Shown: positions 46,449 through 57,504 of the stretch, one piece after another
Layout of the letters: every line of letters starts with the position of its first letter
Position numbering within the stretch: position 1 is the first letter of the stretch
IMG/VR virus record: IMGVR_UViG_3300012347_000377
Location: 64,001-128,000 of that record
From: a virus
Lineage: Duplodnaviria > Heunggongvirae > Uroviricota > Caudoviricetes
Length of the DNA stretch: 64,000 nt
Reading direction: 5' to 3' (one strand)
The notes under the pieces: model-generated
Database searches by the model: none
Seen by the model: only the letters and a program-made list of their open reading frames with translations
What the model was told of the DNA's origin: nothing
Position numbers and translations under genes: made by a program

Positions 46449-47914
46449 TGAAATTAGGAGTTTGTGTCCCATATAGAAATAGAGAATCTCATTTAAAAGA
46501 ATTCATTCCAACGGTTGGAAAATACTTAGAAGAACAAGGTATTGAATATTGTATGTATTTTGGTCATCAAACCGATGATAAATTATTCAATAGAGGTGCA
46601 ATGAAAAATATCGCAGCTGAACAAGCATTCAAAGATGGATGTGATTATATAGTTTGGCATGATATTGATATGATACCCGAAGAAGGATGTGATTACTCAT
46701 TTCCAAAAGAACATCCAATACACATCGCTACGAATATCTCTCAAATGGATTATAAGTTGAAATATGAGGAGTATTTCGGTGGTGCGGTGATATTCTCCAA
46801 AGAACAAGTTGAGAAGACTAATGGGTATTCTAATGATTATTGGGATTGGGGTATGGAAGATGATGATTTGTTTTGGAGATGTCAATTAGAAGGTTATGCT
46901 AATAATTCTTATATGGAATTTCCCCAAACACCTCAAACATTTTTACATTTTAATGGAAAATCATCACATATAAAAATTGATAAACATTCAGATTTAAGAA
47001 ACGTCACATCGCGTTCACATACAATTTCAGTTTTAGTTAGAGCAAATCAACAAGAAGAAAAAGTTCCAATTTGGTTGGTAGGTGATACTGAAAGAAGATT
47101 TTGTGAATATCCAATTATTAGAAGACCAGGTTATGATTATGGTATTTCATATAATAATAGTAGAGCATATACTGCACAACTTTGGGATAATGAACAAAAT
47201 CATTTATATCAATGGATGAAACGTTATGAAAATCAATGGAGTTGGGTGACACTTTCGGTTGATACTATCTCTCAAAATATACACTTTTATTTAAATGGTA
47301 AAGAATCTGATGCAAGACATGGAACTGGTACTCAATCTCCATTACATTACCAAAATCGTTTAAAAAGTTATGGTTTAGAAGATTGGTTTATTGGAACAAC
47401 TACATCGGTTGGTAAGAATGAAGTCAATCGTTGGTTTAAAGGTGATATAGCAGATGTTAAAATTTGGAATAGAGCATTATCACCAAATGAAATTGAAAAA
47501 ATACATACAGATTTCCCAACAGATGGATTGAAACTACATTATAATTTTAATCATCCAAATCAAAAAAATTCACCAAATGTTGCAATTGATTTGAGTGGAA
47601 ATGAAACAAATGGTTCAATCAATCGTTGTGAAGAAAGAACGGAAGAAATAAAAATTCCATATACAACAATTCCACATAGAATACCTGGTAGATTAAGGTG
47701 TTTACCTCATGTAGATGAAGGGTTAATTAATATTGGTGGAGTTGATAAATGGGCAAAGGGTGAAACTACTGCTAGAAATGAAAGAAGATATGTTTTACAA
47801 ATGCAACAAGGTGAATGGGATTATAAATCCGATGGAATTGCTCAACTAAATTATGAATTAGTTAGTATTGAAGAGCTAACACCTTCAGCAAAAATGATAA
47901 ATGTAAAATTGTAA
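46448..47914 (+). CDS. GT7 with inserted LamG domain, tandem paralog
   Basis: VCVPYRNR, FNRGAMKNI, WHDIDMIP, YFGGA, GYSNDYWDWGMEDDDL; FKGDIADVKIWNRALS. Confidence 0.85.
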   Translation: MKLGVCVPYRNRESHLKEFIPTVGKYLEEQGIEYCMYFGHQTDDKLFNRGAMKNIAAEQAFKDGCDYIVWHDIDMIPEEGCDYSFPKEHPIHIATNISQMDYKLKYEEYFGGAVIFSKEQVEKTNGYSNDYWDWGMEDDDLFWRCQLEGYANNSYMEFPQTPQTFLHFNGKSSHIKIDKHSDLRNVTSRSHTISVLVRANQQEEKVPIWLVGDTERRFCEYPIIRRPGYDYGISYNNSRAYTAQLWDNEQNHLYQWMKRYENQWSWVTLSVDTISQNIHFYLNGKESDARHGTGTQSPLHYQNRLKSYGLEDWFIGTTTSVGKNEVNRWFKGDIADVKIWNRALSPNEIEKIHTDFPTDGLKLHYNFNHPNQKNSPNVAIDLSGNETNGSINRCEERTEEIKIPYTTIPHRIPGRLRCLPHVDEGLINIGGVDKWAKGETTARNERRYVLQMQQGEWDYKSDGIAQLNYELVSIEELTPSAKMINVKL

Positions 47915-47927
47915 TATATATTAATAT

Positions 47928-49379
47928 ATGGAAGATATAGAAAAACAACAAGAAGATACTAAAAAGTTAAAAAAACAATTTGGTGGAGAAAATCCGTTCT
48001 ACGTTGATGTAAAGGAAAAATTAGATGTTATTGGTAAAGGTATGTGTCTTGCAAAATGGACACAAGTAACAATGCACCTACAATTGGGTCATACACATTC
48101 ATGTCATCACCCTCGTACTCATGCTATTTCTAAAAGTGAAATTGCTAGAAATCCATCTGCACTTCACAACACTACTTACAAAAAAAGAAGAAGAAAAGAA
48201 ATGTTGGAAGGTGAAAGACCATCAGAATGTGATTATTGCTGGAATGTAGAAGATAATTCAGACAGATTTTCAGATAGAACTTTTAAATCATCTGAAAGTT
48301 GGTCACTACCTTATTATAATGAAATTAAAAAATTAGATTGGAGAGCAGATTACAATCCAAAATACGTTGAAGTTGCTTTTTCAAATGCTTGTAATTTTAA
48401 ATGTTCATATTGTTCTCCTGCATTTTCAACAAAATGGATGGAGGAGATTGAAAAATATGGTGCATATCCAACAACTGATAAGTTTAATAATTTGGAGTAT
48501 GCAATTGCAGAAAACAAAATGCCATTTAAACAAACAGAGCAAAATCCGTATGTAGATGCGTTTTGGAAATGGTGGCCTGATTTATATAAAGACCTTCATA
48601 CATTTAGAATTACCGGTGGAGAACCATTAATGTCAAAAGATACTTGGGATGTATTGGATTATATCATCGAAAACCCAAATCCAAATAGAAATTTAAATCT
48701 TGCTATAAATTCAAACTTAGGTGTACCTGATAAGTTAATAGATAGATTTATAGAAAAAGTTTCAAAAATTTGTGATGAAAATAGAGTAAATGAATTTATC
48801 ATATTTACATCAGTTGATACATGGGGGGAACAAGCCGAATATATTCGTACTGGATTAGAGTTTAATCGTTTTTGGGATAATGTAAATAAGGTATTAGCAA
48901 AATGTCCAAGAGTTAATTTAACTTTTATGGTTACATATAATGCCCTATCAGTTCCAAACTATGATAAGTTAATTAATGGAGTTTATGGATTGAAAAAGCA
49001 ATATGGTTCTACTGATAGATATTGGAATTCTGCAGTATTTTTAGACACATCATATTTGAGATACCCATTACACCAAACGGTACAGGTATTGCCATATCAA
49101 TGGAGTGAGAATATTTTCAAACAAGCTCAACTTACCGATTTCTTAGGAGTGCCACTTTTTGAAAACATATTTATTGGATATTCCGATATTGAAATACAAA
49201 AAATTAAAAGAACATACGATTGGATGATTTCACCTCAAGATGCATCTACTCAAATGCATAATAGATATAATTTTGGTAAATACTTTACAGAACATGATAA
49301 ACGTAGAGGAACTAATTTTAACAAAACATTTCCAGAATTAGCTGAATTTTTTGAATTCACAAAAACAATACAACTATGA
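47928..49379 (+). CDS. radical SAM protein with N-terminal Twitch/SPASM-like Cys cluster
   Basis: CNFKCSYC, TGGEPL; CLAKW...SCHH...CDYCW. Confidence 0.9.
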   Translation: MEDIEKQQEDTKKLKKQFGGENPFYVDVKEKLDVIGKGMCLAKWTQVTMHLQLGHTHSCHHPRTHAISKSEIARNPSALHNTTYKKRRRKEMLEGERPSECDYCWNVEDNSDRFSDRTFKSSESWSLPYYNEIKKLDWRADYNPKYVEVAFSNACNFKCSYCSPAFSTKWMEEIEKYGAYPTTDKFNNLEYAIAENKMPFKQTEQNPYVDAFWKWWPDLYKDLHTFRITGGEPLMSKDTWDVLDYIIENPNPNRNLNLAINSNLGVPDKLIDRFIEKVSKICDENRVNEFIIFTSVDTWGEQAEYIRTGLEFNRFWDNVNKVLAKCPRVNLTFMVTYNALSVPNYDKLINGVYGLKKQYGSTDRYWNSAVFLDTSYLRYPLHQTVQVLPYQWSENIFKQAQLTDFLGVPLFENIFIGYSDIEIQKIKRTYDWMISPQDASTQMHNRYNFGKYFTEHDKRRGTNFNKTFPELAEFFEFTKTIQL

Positions 49380-50089
49380 GTAAAATAAGTTTAGATGGTC
49401 AAACTTCGTGGTTTATTTCACCCGATAGTCAATATGGATTAAGCACATATCCGATAAAAAAAATAACAACTGATAATTTTTCTTTTTTAACAAAAGTAAA
49501 AATTGATTGGGATAAAATGGATGCTAAGGGTGATACTAATCAATCAGGCATCGTTGTCATAAATGGGATGCATATGGGAATTACTGCATTCAAAACAGAA
49601 AAAGAAGATTGTTGGATTAATGCTAAAATTTGGACACAAAAAGATGATGGTAGCAATTTTGAATATGTAAATTCAATTTATATTACTGATTTAGACGAAG
49701 AACTTGAAATAGGATTTTCAGTTGATGTTCATAATAACGAAACATTTATTTATTGCAACGGAAAAACTAATAAAATAAAATTAGAAGGTAATATTGTAGA
49801 TTATAGTAATGCATTATTATGGATTGGTGCATCAATGCCACTTGGATATATTGATTCTAAATTTCATCACTTTTTGTTTGGAGAAATTTCATACGTTTCA
49901 ATTATACCAAGAACATTTACCGCAGCTGAATTTAAAGAAATATTTTTAGATTATAAAACTAATTTAATAAATAAAAGTGCTGTTGCTTCATTTAATTTTG
50001 AAGATCAAACTCCATATAAAATACTTGATATATCAGGTAATGGAAATAATTTAATTAAATTTGACAACTCATGGATGCCAGAGATTTAA
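49376..50089 (+). CDS. stand-alone LamG/concanavalin-like protein
   Basis: LDGQTSW, LWIG, GEISYVSI, DISGNGNN. Confidence 0.6.
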   Translation: MSKISLDGQTSWFISPDSQYGLSTYPIKKITTDNFSFLTKVKIDWDKMDAKGDTNQSGIVVINGMHMGITAFKTEKEDCWINAKIWTQKDDGSNFEYVNSIYITDLDEELEIGFSVDVHNNETFIYCNGKTNKIKLEGNIVDYSNALLWIGASMPLGYIDSKFHHFLFGEISYVSIIPRTFTAAEFKEIFLDYKTNLINKSAVASFNFEDQTPYKILDISGNGNNLIKFDNSWMPEI

Positions 50090-51489
50090 ACACTATACCA
50101 ATTACTAATTTTGTGTTTGATTTTAGAACACCCGAAGGTTATTTGCCATTTGGATATACCAAACAAACTATTGGTATAAATGTTATAAAAAAATTAAATA
50201 AAATTCATGAATCATTTACAGGATATTATCCACCATTGGAATCACCAAATGATTTTAAATTAAATAGAACTGCTGGATTTCAAACTTATATAGTTGAACA
50301 AACGCCAAATACAAATTATCGTTTAACTACCGAATTAAAACAAGAAATTGATGAAACCCAATTGTATTTAGTGATATTAGAATCATTAAATGTAAATAAT
50401 TTATATGAATATTATGGTTCTGATAAATTTGATTTAAGTGATTTTTTTTCACCTCAATTGATAAAATTAATTAAAGATAATAAAAACTTTAAAATAGTTT
50501 TTATGGATTATAGGGAGGGTGCATATCCACATTTTGAATCTTTTTTAACAAAAATTGATGATTTTTTAAATAAACATAATATAAATCATAAAAATAAAGT
50601 TATAATATCAACAAACAATAATTTTATAAATGATACTATAAATTTAAAAAAATACAAACATAGAATTTCAGTTTATTGTAATAACAATTATTTACTAACA
50701 GCTGGAAAGTATATATCGGAATTACGTGTTGCAAATAATAGTATAACTGAAAATGATTATGAGTATTCAATTCAACAAGATATAAATTATGATTTTAAAG
50801 ATAAATACTTTTTAATGTATAATCGAAATTCTGATAGAATACATAGATCATATTTTTTAAATAAATTATATAAAGAAAATTTAATAGATAAGGGTTATAT
50901 ATCATTTTTTGAAAATTCTCATTTTGAAAACTTTGTAAATAATTCAAATCATTATCCTGAATTGAATTTAGAATATGAAGATATATTGGATATAAAAAAT
51001 AACTATAAAAATTATTATCCATTAATTATAGATAGTAATGATGGCGAAAAGGTTGCAGATTTTCATAATTTTTTAAGTAGAAAAGATGAATATGAAAACA
51101 GTTATTTCACAATAGTTTCGGAAACAAATGCCGAATCAAAATATTGTTTCATAACCGAAAAAACTACAAAACCAATAATGAATTTACATCCATTTATTAT
51201 AATGGGGAATCCAAAAATATTATCTGTTTTAAAATCATATGGATTTAAGACATTTAGTAAATGGTGGGATGAATCATATGATGATGAAATAGATTTTAAA
51301 ACTCGTACTCAAATGATTTTAAATATTGTAAAAGATTTATGTAGTAAATCAAAAGAAGAGATGACTTCAATGATTAAAGAGATGGAAAGTGTTTTGATTC
51401 ATAATAAAAAAGTATTACATAAATTATATACAACAAAACAATATCAAAAAGAATTTTTTAACAACGTAATAGATAAGGGTCTTATATGA
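50071..51489 (+). CDS. putative glycosyltransferase, GT10-like (paralog 2)
   Basis: YNR...HR, IVSET, FITEKTTKPI..LHPFII.G, GFKTF..WWDESYD. Confidence 0.55.
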   Translation: MDARDLNTIPITNFVFDFRTPEGYLPFGYTKQTIGINVIKKLNKIHESFTGYYPPLESPNDFKLNRTAGFQTYIVEQTPNTNYRLTTELKQEIDETQLYLVILESLNVNNLYEYYGSDKFDLSDFFSPQLIKLIKDNKNFKIVFMDYREGAYPHFESFLTKIDDFLNKHNINHKNKVIISTNNNFINDTINLKKYKHRISVYCNNNYLLTAGKYISELRVANNSITENDYEYSIQQDINYDFKDKYFLMYNRNSDRIHRSYFLNKLYKENLIDKGYISFFENSHFENFVNNSNHYPELNLEYEDILDIKNNYKNYYPLIIDSNDGEKVADFHNFLSRKDEYENSYFTIVSETNAESKYCFITEKTTKPIMNLHPFIIMGNPKILSVLKSYGFKTFSKWWDESYDDEIDFKTRTQMILNIVKDLCSKSKEEMTSMIKEMESVLIHNKKVLHKLYTTKQYQKEFFNNVIDKGLI

Positions 51490-52451
51490 AAGTATTAATC
51501 ACAGGTGGTGCAGGTTACTTAGGTTCAGTTTTAACTGAGCGATTATTGAATAGTGGATATAGTGTAACTATATTAGATAATTTGATGTATAATCAAACAT
51601 CATTAATACATTATTCACACAATAAAAATTTTGATTTTATCTATGGAGATGTCAGAAATCATAAATTGTTAGAAGAATTAGTTCCATCATTCGATGTAGT
51701 AATTCCTTTAGCAGCAATCGTAGGATTCCCCGCTTGCGATAGAGATAGAGATTTGGCAACTGCAGTAAACTATGATCATGTTAGAAAAATATGTGAAATA
51801 GTTAAAGATACAAAAATAAGGGTGGTATATCCAAATACAAATAGTGGATATGGAATAGGAGAAAACGGAGAGTGCACTGAAGAAAGTCCACTTAACCCAA
51901 TTTCACATTATGGTGTGACAAAGGTAAAAGCAGAAAGAGAGGTTTTAAATATCGGTGGAGTTTCAATTAGATTAGCAACGGTATTCGGTTCATCTCCGAG
52001 AATGAGAATGGATTTATTGGTAAACGAATTTGTTTACAAAGCATTAACTGATAAATATATTACTATTTTTGAGAAAAACTTTACTCGTAATTACATTCAT
52101 ATTAGAGATGTTGCTAAAACATTCCAATATATGATAGAAAATTATGAAAAATTTAGTGGAGATGTATTTAATGTAGGATTATCATCTGCTAATTTAACTA
52201 AACAACAATTGGTAGAAAAAATTAAAGAATATGTTCCTAATTTTGCAATCACATATTCAGATTTTTATGAAGACCCCGATAAAAGAGATTATGTGGTTTC
52301 AAACGCTAAAATCGAAGCAACAGGCTGGAGTCCAGATTGGAGTTTAGATGATGGTATTGTTGAACTAATCAAAACATACACAATTTTAATACAAGATTTA
52401 TCATCAAAATATAGGAATGGATTTCCATTAGGTTATGGCACAAGGACGTAG
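51486..52451 (+). CDS. NAD-dependent nucleotide-sugar epimerase/dehydratase (extended SDR)
   Basis: ITGGAGYLG, YGVTK, RLATVFG, RNYIHIRD. Confidence 0.9.
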   Translation: MKVLITGGAGYLGSVLTERLLNSGYSVTILDNLMYNQTSLIHYSHNKNFDFIYGDVRNHKLLEELVPSFDVVIPLAAIVGFPACDRDRDLATAVNYDHVRKICEIVKDTKIRVVYPNTNSGYGIGENGECTEESPLNPISHYGVTKVKAEREVLNIGGVSIRLATVFGSSPRMRMDLLVNEFVYKALTDKYITIFEKNFTRNYIHIRDVAKTFQYMIENYEKFSGDVFNVGLSSANLTKQQLVEKIKEYVPNFAITYSDFYEDPDKRDYVVSNAKIEATGWSPDWSLDDGIVELIKTYTILIQDLSSKYRNGFPLGYGTRT

Positions 52452-53019
52452 TATATTTTACAAAGAAAGAGATTGGAACGATTTTCACTTTTATAATGCT
52501 TCGGTATTACCAGAAGTGAAGATTGTTCAACCATCTATATATCACGAATATCGTGGTTCAATATCAACAACATATCATTCAGAATATTACGATAGATTAC
52601 TACCAGCAAACGAACGTAATGAAGGATTGGAGTTTAAACACGATAGATACTCAAAATCAAAATTCGGTGTGTTACGTGGATTACATTACGATGAAAAGAC
52701 TTGGAAATTAGTAAGTTGTATTCATGGTAAAATTTATTTAGTAGTATTGGATATGAGAGAACAGCAACCCAACTATGGTAAGTGGGAATCGTTTGTAATT
52801 TCACCCGAAACTGCAACTCAAGTTTTAATACCACCTATGTTCGCTAATGGTCATTTTGTAATGGAAGATGATTCGATATTCACATATAAAATGGCATATA
52901 AGGGTGAATATAATGATGAGAATAAACAAAAAACAATTGTATTTAATGATTCAAGATTTGGTATAGATTGGCCGGTTCAATCACCGATTCTTTCAAAAAG
53001 AGATAGAAATGGAAATTAA
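52435..53019 (+). CDS. rmlC: dTDP-4-dehydrorhamnose 3,5-epimerase-like cupin
   Basis: SKFGVLRGLHY, KLVSCIHGKIYLVVLD, LIPPMFANG, GIDWP. Confidence 0.85.
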   Translation: MAQGRSIFYKERDWNDFHFYNASVLPEVKIVQPSIYHEYRGSISTTYHSEYYDRLLPANERNEGLEFKHDRYSKSKFGVLRGLHYDEKTWKLVSCIHGKIYLVVLDMREQQPNYGKWESFVISPETATQVLIPPMFANGHFVMEDDSIFTYKMAYKGEYNDENKQKTIVFNDSRFGIDWPVQSPILSKRDRNGN

Positions 53020-53647
53020 AAATTTAGAATATCATGAAGATAGATGGTTGGGTGGAAGTTTATCGGCCGAACAACTAATTCAATTTGAAGATGATATTAT
53101 TAAGCATTGGGAAAATGGTGAAATAACTGGTCCTATACACTTATCAAACGGAAACGAAAATCAACTAATTGAAATTTTCAAAAAAATCGGTGCACAAGAT
53201 TGGGTATTTTCAACATGGCGTTCACATTATCATGCGTTATTACATGGAGTTGAACCACAAACGTTAAAACAAAAAATATTAGATGGTAAATCAATAACAA
53301 TTGTTGATAAGGCTTCTAATTTTTATTCATCTGCAATTGTAACCGGAACTTTACCGATTGCATTAGGTGTTGCTAAATCAATTAAGTTAAAAGGTGGTGA
53401 TGAAAAGGTGTGGTGTTTCATTGGTGATATGAGTTTTGAAACTGGTGTGTTTTATGAAGTTCATAAATATGCAAGAAACTATGATTTACCTTTATATTTT
53501 ATAGTTGAAGATAATGAAGTTTCAACCAACACTCCAACCTTAGATACATGGGGAGGTATTCAAAGAGAAATACCACAAGATGTAATTTATTATAAATATA
53601 AATCAAAATATCCGCATTACGGAACTGGAAAATGGGTAGTCTTTTAA
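53009..53647 (+). CDS. ThDP-dependent E1 alpha-like subunit, short (212 aa)
   Basis: HLSNGNE, STWRSHYHAL, AIVTGTLPIALG, GDMS...EDN ThDP motif. Confidence 0.88.
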   Translation: MEIKNLEYHEDRWLGGSLSAEQLIQFEDDIIKHWENGEITGPIHLSNGNENQLIEIFKKIGAQDWVFSTWRSHYHALLHGVEPQTLKQKILDGKSITIVDKASNFYSSAIVTGTLPIALGVAKSIKLKGGDEKVWCFIGDMSFETGVFYEVHKYARNYDLPLYFIVEDNEVSTNTPTLDTWGGIQREIPQDVIYYKYKSKYPHYGTGKWVVF

Positions 53648-54774
53648 ATTTCGTATGGTTCAGTCATAAGTTAGAAAAAAATGGAGATGATAATACTACA
53701 ATCGCAGGCCCTTTATTTTGGAATGTAGATAAAAGTAAGTATTCACACACCTTTAATGGAGAAATACGCGAAGGATATAAAAATTTAATATTAATGGAAG
53801 GTAAATGTAGCCTTCAATCATTTTCTAATTTAGATGATGATTTAATAAATTTTATTAACAATAATGATGTTAAATTATTAGCAGTAAGTCTTGCAGACCC
53901 ATCTTCATATTCTAGTTATATCGAAACAATTGAATTTTTAAATAAAACCATTCCTAATAAATTTATAATAATTGATAGTAATACCGCATTACCTGAAAAA
54001 TATGTAATCGATTATTTTTTAGAAGAGGCATCATCCAGTAATTCAAAATCTACTTTATTTAAATATAAAAATGAATTGGGATATGTGAGTGAAGATATTG
54101 AAATTGGTGAGTTGGATAATTTTAGAACAAAAAAATTTATATCATTTAATAGAACTACCGATAAACACCATCGTGCACGATTACTACACGAATATTTAAC
54201 TAATGATTATTCAGATTCTTACTTTAGTTTTTTATCACCATTAGAACATTTAGGTGATATTGTTTCAGTTGGTAGTATAACACATCGTAGAGATTTTTAT
54301 AATAAACAAATTCCAATCGAATTGGATACTATGGATTGTGAAAATAAAAGTGGATTTGGCACTAACGCTACTTTTAAAAAACATTTATTTTTAAATTCTT
54401 GTATTAATTTAGTAACAGAAACATCATTTGATTGCAATCAATTATTTATTTCTGAAAAAATACTAAAACCAATAATTTGCTATCAACCATTTATAGTATT
54501 TGGTCCATATCAGTATTTGAAGAGGTTAAAAACGTATGGTTATAAAACATTTTCAGATGTCTGGGATGAGAGTTATGATGAGATTGAGGATTGGCGAGAG
54601 AGATTAAAAGTTCTTATAGATTTAGTTAATGGTTTAAATTCAAAATCAATTGAAGAAATCAATGAAATATATCTAAAAACTAAAAATATATGTATATATA
54701 ATAGGGAATTGTTTAACTCATTAGAGTTAGATAGTTTTCCACAAATTTTTAAAAATATAGAAAATGAATGGTAA
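53632..54774 (+). CDS. putative glycosyltransferase, GT10-like (paralog 3)
   Basis: FNR...HR, LVTET, FISEKILKPI...PFIV.G, GYKTFSDVWDESYD. Confidence 0.55.
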   Translation: MGSLLNFVWFSHKLEKNGDDNTTIAGPLFWNVDKSKYSHTFNGEIREGYKNLILMEGKCSLQSFSNLDDDLINFINNNDVKLLAVSLADPSSYSSYIETIEFLNKTIPNKFIIIDSNTALPEKYVIDYFLEEASSSNSKSTLFKYKNELGYVSEDIEIGELDNFRTKKFISFNRTTDKHHRARLLHEYLTNDYSDSYFSFLSPLEHLGDIVSVGSITHRRDFYNKQIPIELDTMDCENKSGFGTNATFKKHLFLNSCINLVTETSFDCNQLFISEKILKPIICYQPFIVFGPYQYLKRLKTYGYKTFSDVWDESYDEIEDWRERLKVLIDLVNGLNSKSIEEINEIYLKTKNICIYNRELFNSLELDSFPQIFKNIENEW

Positions 54775-55729
54775 AAAGGTTTTAATCACAGGTGCCAACG
54801 GATTGGTTGGTAATTACATGGTTCAAAAATGTATCGATAGAGGTGCATTTGTAACAGCGGTAGATATTCACGAACCAACAAATCAATTGGAAAAGTATAA
54901 AGATGAAAACTACCAATTCATCAAAGCAGATTTGCGAGAATTTTCAAATTGTAAAAAAGTAGTAGAAGGACAAGATGTAATTTTTCACATCGCAGGTGTG
55001 AAGGGTTCTCCTAAAAGAGCAGCAGAACAACCTGCTGATTATTTTGTTCCAATGTTACAATTCAATACTAATATGATGGAAGCATCAAGATTGGAAGGAG
55101 TTGAGTGGTATGTATATACCTCAACCGTTGGTGTATATCAACCAGCAGAAGTATTCTACGAAGATGATGTTTGGAAAACATTCCCATCAGAAAAAGATAA
55201 ATATGCAGGATGGGCTAAAAGATTGGGTGAACTTCAAGCAGAAGTTTATTCAGTATCATATGATTGGAATAAAGCATCAATTGTAAGACCGGCAAACATT
55301 TATGGTAGACATGATAATTTCGGTCCAGAATCAACGGTAATCGCATCGTTAATCAAACGTTTATTTGGTGAAAAAGAACACCCATTAGTATGTTGGGGAG
55401 ATGGTTCTCCAATTAGAGATTTTATATATGCAGGTGATGTTGCAGATGGCATTATTCAATCATATGAACAAAAATTAACACAACCAATTAACTTAGGTAG
55501 TGGAACTGGTGTCACCATTAAAGAACTTGCAGAAACTCTTGTAGAAATCTATGAAGATATGTATGGAGTTAAAGTTGGAATTGAATGGGACCCAACTAAA
55601 CCAAATGGTGATACAAAACGTTTGATGAGCACTGAAAGAGCCGAATCATTTGGTATAAAACAACAAGTATCTCTTAAAGAGGGATTGAAAGAAACGATTG
55701 ATTATTATTTAAACGAATACAAAAAATAA
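54764..55729 (+). CDS. GDP-L-fucose synthase-like epimerase/reductase
   Basis: ITGANGLVG, GWAK, RPANIYGRHDNF, WGDGSPIRDFIY. Confidence 0.85.
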   Translation: MNGKKVLITGANGLVGNYMVQKCIDRGAFVTAVDIHEPTNQLEKYKDENYQFIKADLREFSNCKKVVEGQDVIFHIAGVKGSPKRAAEQPADYFVPMLQFNTNMMEASRLEGVEWYVYTSTVGVYQPAEVFYEDDVWKTFPSEKDKYAGWAKRLGELQAEVYSVSYDWNKASIVRPANIYGRHDNFGPESTVIASLIKRLFGEKEHPLVCWGDGSPIRDFIYAGDVADGIIQSYEQKLTQPINLGSGTGVTIKELAETLVEIYEDMYGVKVGIEWDPTKPNGDTKRLMSTERAESFGIKQQVSLKEGLKETIDYYLNEYKK

Positions 55730-55732
55730 GTT

Positions 55733-56725
55733 ATGAAAAAAACAGATAGAATTTTAGTTACAGGTGCAAGTGGATTTATTGGTTCACATCTTTTAAGATT
55801 ATTACATCAAAAGGGTTATACTAATTTACGTGCTACTTCTCATAGTAGAGGATTAAGAAACGATTTTGATGGATGTGAAACTATTCCATTATTTAAAGGA
55901 AACTTACAAGATGCTAAATTTTGTGCAGAGGTTTCCGAAGATATTGATGTAGTATTTCATTGTGCAGCAAATACATCAAATGCATTAGATACTAAATTCA
56001 ACCCACTATTACACGTTACTCCAAACGTAGAGATGAATACTAATTTAATGGAACAAAGTTGGAAAAACAAAGTTCGTAAATTCTTATTTATATCATCAAA
56101 TACAACATACCCAGATATGGGAACTGAATTTTGTAGTGAAGATGTAAATGTTCATGCAACTCCATTATTACCGGTTTATAAAGCAGTTGGTGGTATGAAG
56201 AGATATGGTGAAATGTTATGTGATTTCTTTTCTAATCAAATTCACGACCCAATGCAATGTTTGATTGTTAGACCTTCAAACGCATTCGGCCCGAATGATA
56301 AATTTGATTTTGAAAAATGTCACGTTACACCTGCAAACATTCGTAAAGTAGCAGATGGGTTAAATCCAATACCTGTTTGGGGAGATGGAACGGAAGTGAG
56401 AGATTTATTACACGTTGAAGATATGGCAGATGGTTTTATTTTCGTAGCAGAAAATTGTGATACATACGATATTTACAATGTGTGTTATGGTGAAGGATTT
56501 ACTGTCAATGAAACTTTAAATACTATTAAAGAATTAGATGGAAACACAAACCCAATCGAATATGTGAATAACAAAGCACCAATGATTCCAATCAGATTAC
56601 TTTCTTCTAAGAAGATTAATCAATTAGGTTGGAAACCAAAAAGAGATTTAACACAGGCGTTAAAAGAAACGATTGAGTGGTATAAAGCAAACAAACATTT
56701 ATACAACCCAGATTCTCGTCCATAA
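55733..56725 (+). CDS. GDP-L-fucose synthase-like epimerase/reductase, second copy
   Basis: VTGASGFIG, GGMK, RPSNAFGPNDKF, WGDGTEVRDLLHVED. Confidence 0.85.
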   Translation: MKKTDRILVTGASGFIGSHLLRLLHQKGYTNLRATSHSRGLRNDFDGCETIPLFKGNLQDAKFCAEVSEDIDVVFHCAANTSNALDTKFNPLLHVTPNVEMNTNLMEQSWKNKVRKFLFISSNTTYPDMGTEFCSEDVNVHATPLLPVYKAVGGMKRYGEMLCDFFSNQIHDPMQCLIVRPSNAFGPNDKFDFEKCHVTPANIRKVADGLNPIPVWGDGTEVRDLLHVEDMADGFIFVAENCDTYDIYNVCYGEGFTVNETLNTIKELDGNTNPIEYVNNKAPMIPIRLLSSKKINQLGWKPKRDLTQALKETIEWYKANKHLYNPDSRP

Positions 56726-56736
56726 ATAAAAATTGA

Positions 56737-57504
56737 ATGAGTTATAATAAAATATATTCAGGTGGTTCAAGTTTCAGTTGTGCAGGCGGGTTAAATTGGG
56801 ATGAAGTTCAAAATTTATATAATGATATTCATAATATTAAAATAGATAAACATATTGATTTTGCATATCCTAATTTAATATCAAAAAAGAATGATGTATC
56901 AATAGTAAATGATTCAATTCCCGGTGGTTCTGCAAATAGAATGATTAGAAAAACCTTTGATTATATACATAATCATCAATTAGAATCTAAAACAACTTTA
57001 TTTTTATTAGAAATACCTCCCATGTGGAGAGATGAGTTTTATTCAAATGATTTTGATAAAATGTTTAACATCACATGGGGAGTATTAAAAAATTCAGATG
57101 ATAATACTGATATAGCAAATGGATATGATAAGTCTGAATCTTTATTAATCAAAAACGATTTAAAAAATTACTTTTCAAAGTTTATTAACGTAGATTTTGA
57201 GATTAAGAAAACTATGAATAACATACTTGGATTATTATCATATTTAAAATTAAATAATATTCAATATGTGTTATTAAATGGATTTGAATTTTACACATTC
57301 TTACTAAAAAATAATTTAAAATTGGATTATAATTTTTATTGGATAGATGGGAGTATTGAACCAATTAATATTTCATTCATTAATAAAAATTTAACAATAA
57401 CACAAGAATTAAACGATATTTATACAGATAATCATTTGGGTTATTTTGGAAATGAATACGTAGCAAATAATTTAAATGAATTTATAAAAAATACTATAAA
57501 ATGA
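56737..57504 (+). CDS. SGNH/GDSL-like protein
   Basis: GGSSFS, YPNLI, NDSIPGGSANRMIR, DNH near C-terminus. Confidence 0.5.
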   Translation: MSYNKIYSGGSSFSCAGGLNWDEVQNLYNDIHNIKIDKHIDFAYPNLISKKNDVSIVNDSIPGGSANRMIRKTFDYIHNHQLESKTTLFLLEIPPMWRDEFYSNDFDKMFNITWGVLKNSDDNTDIANGYDKSESLLIKNDLKNYFSKFINVDFEIKKTMNNILGLLSYLKLNNIQYVLLNGFEFYTFLLKNNLKLDYNFYWIDGSIEPINISFINKNLTITQELNDIYTDNHLGYFGNEYVANNLNEFIKNTIK

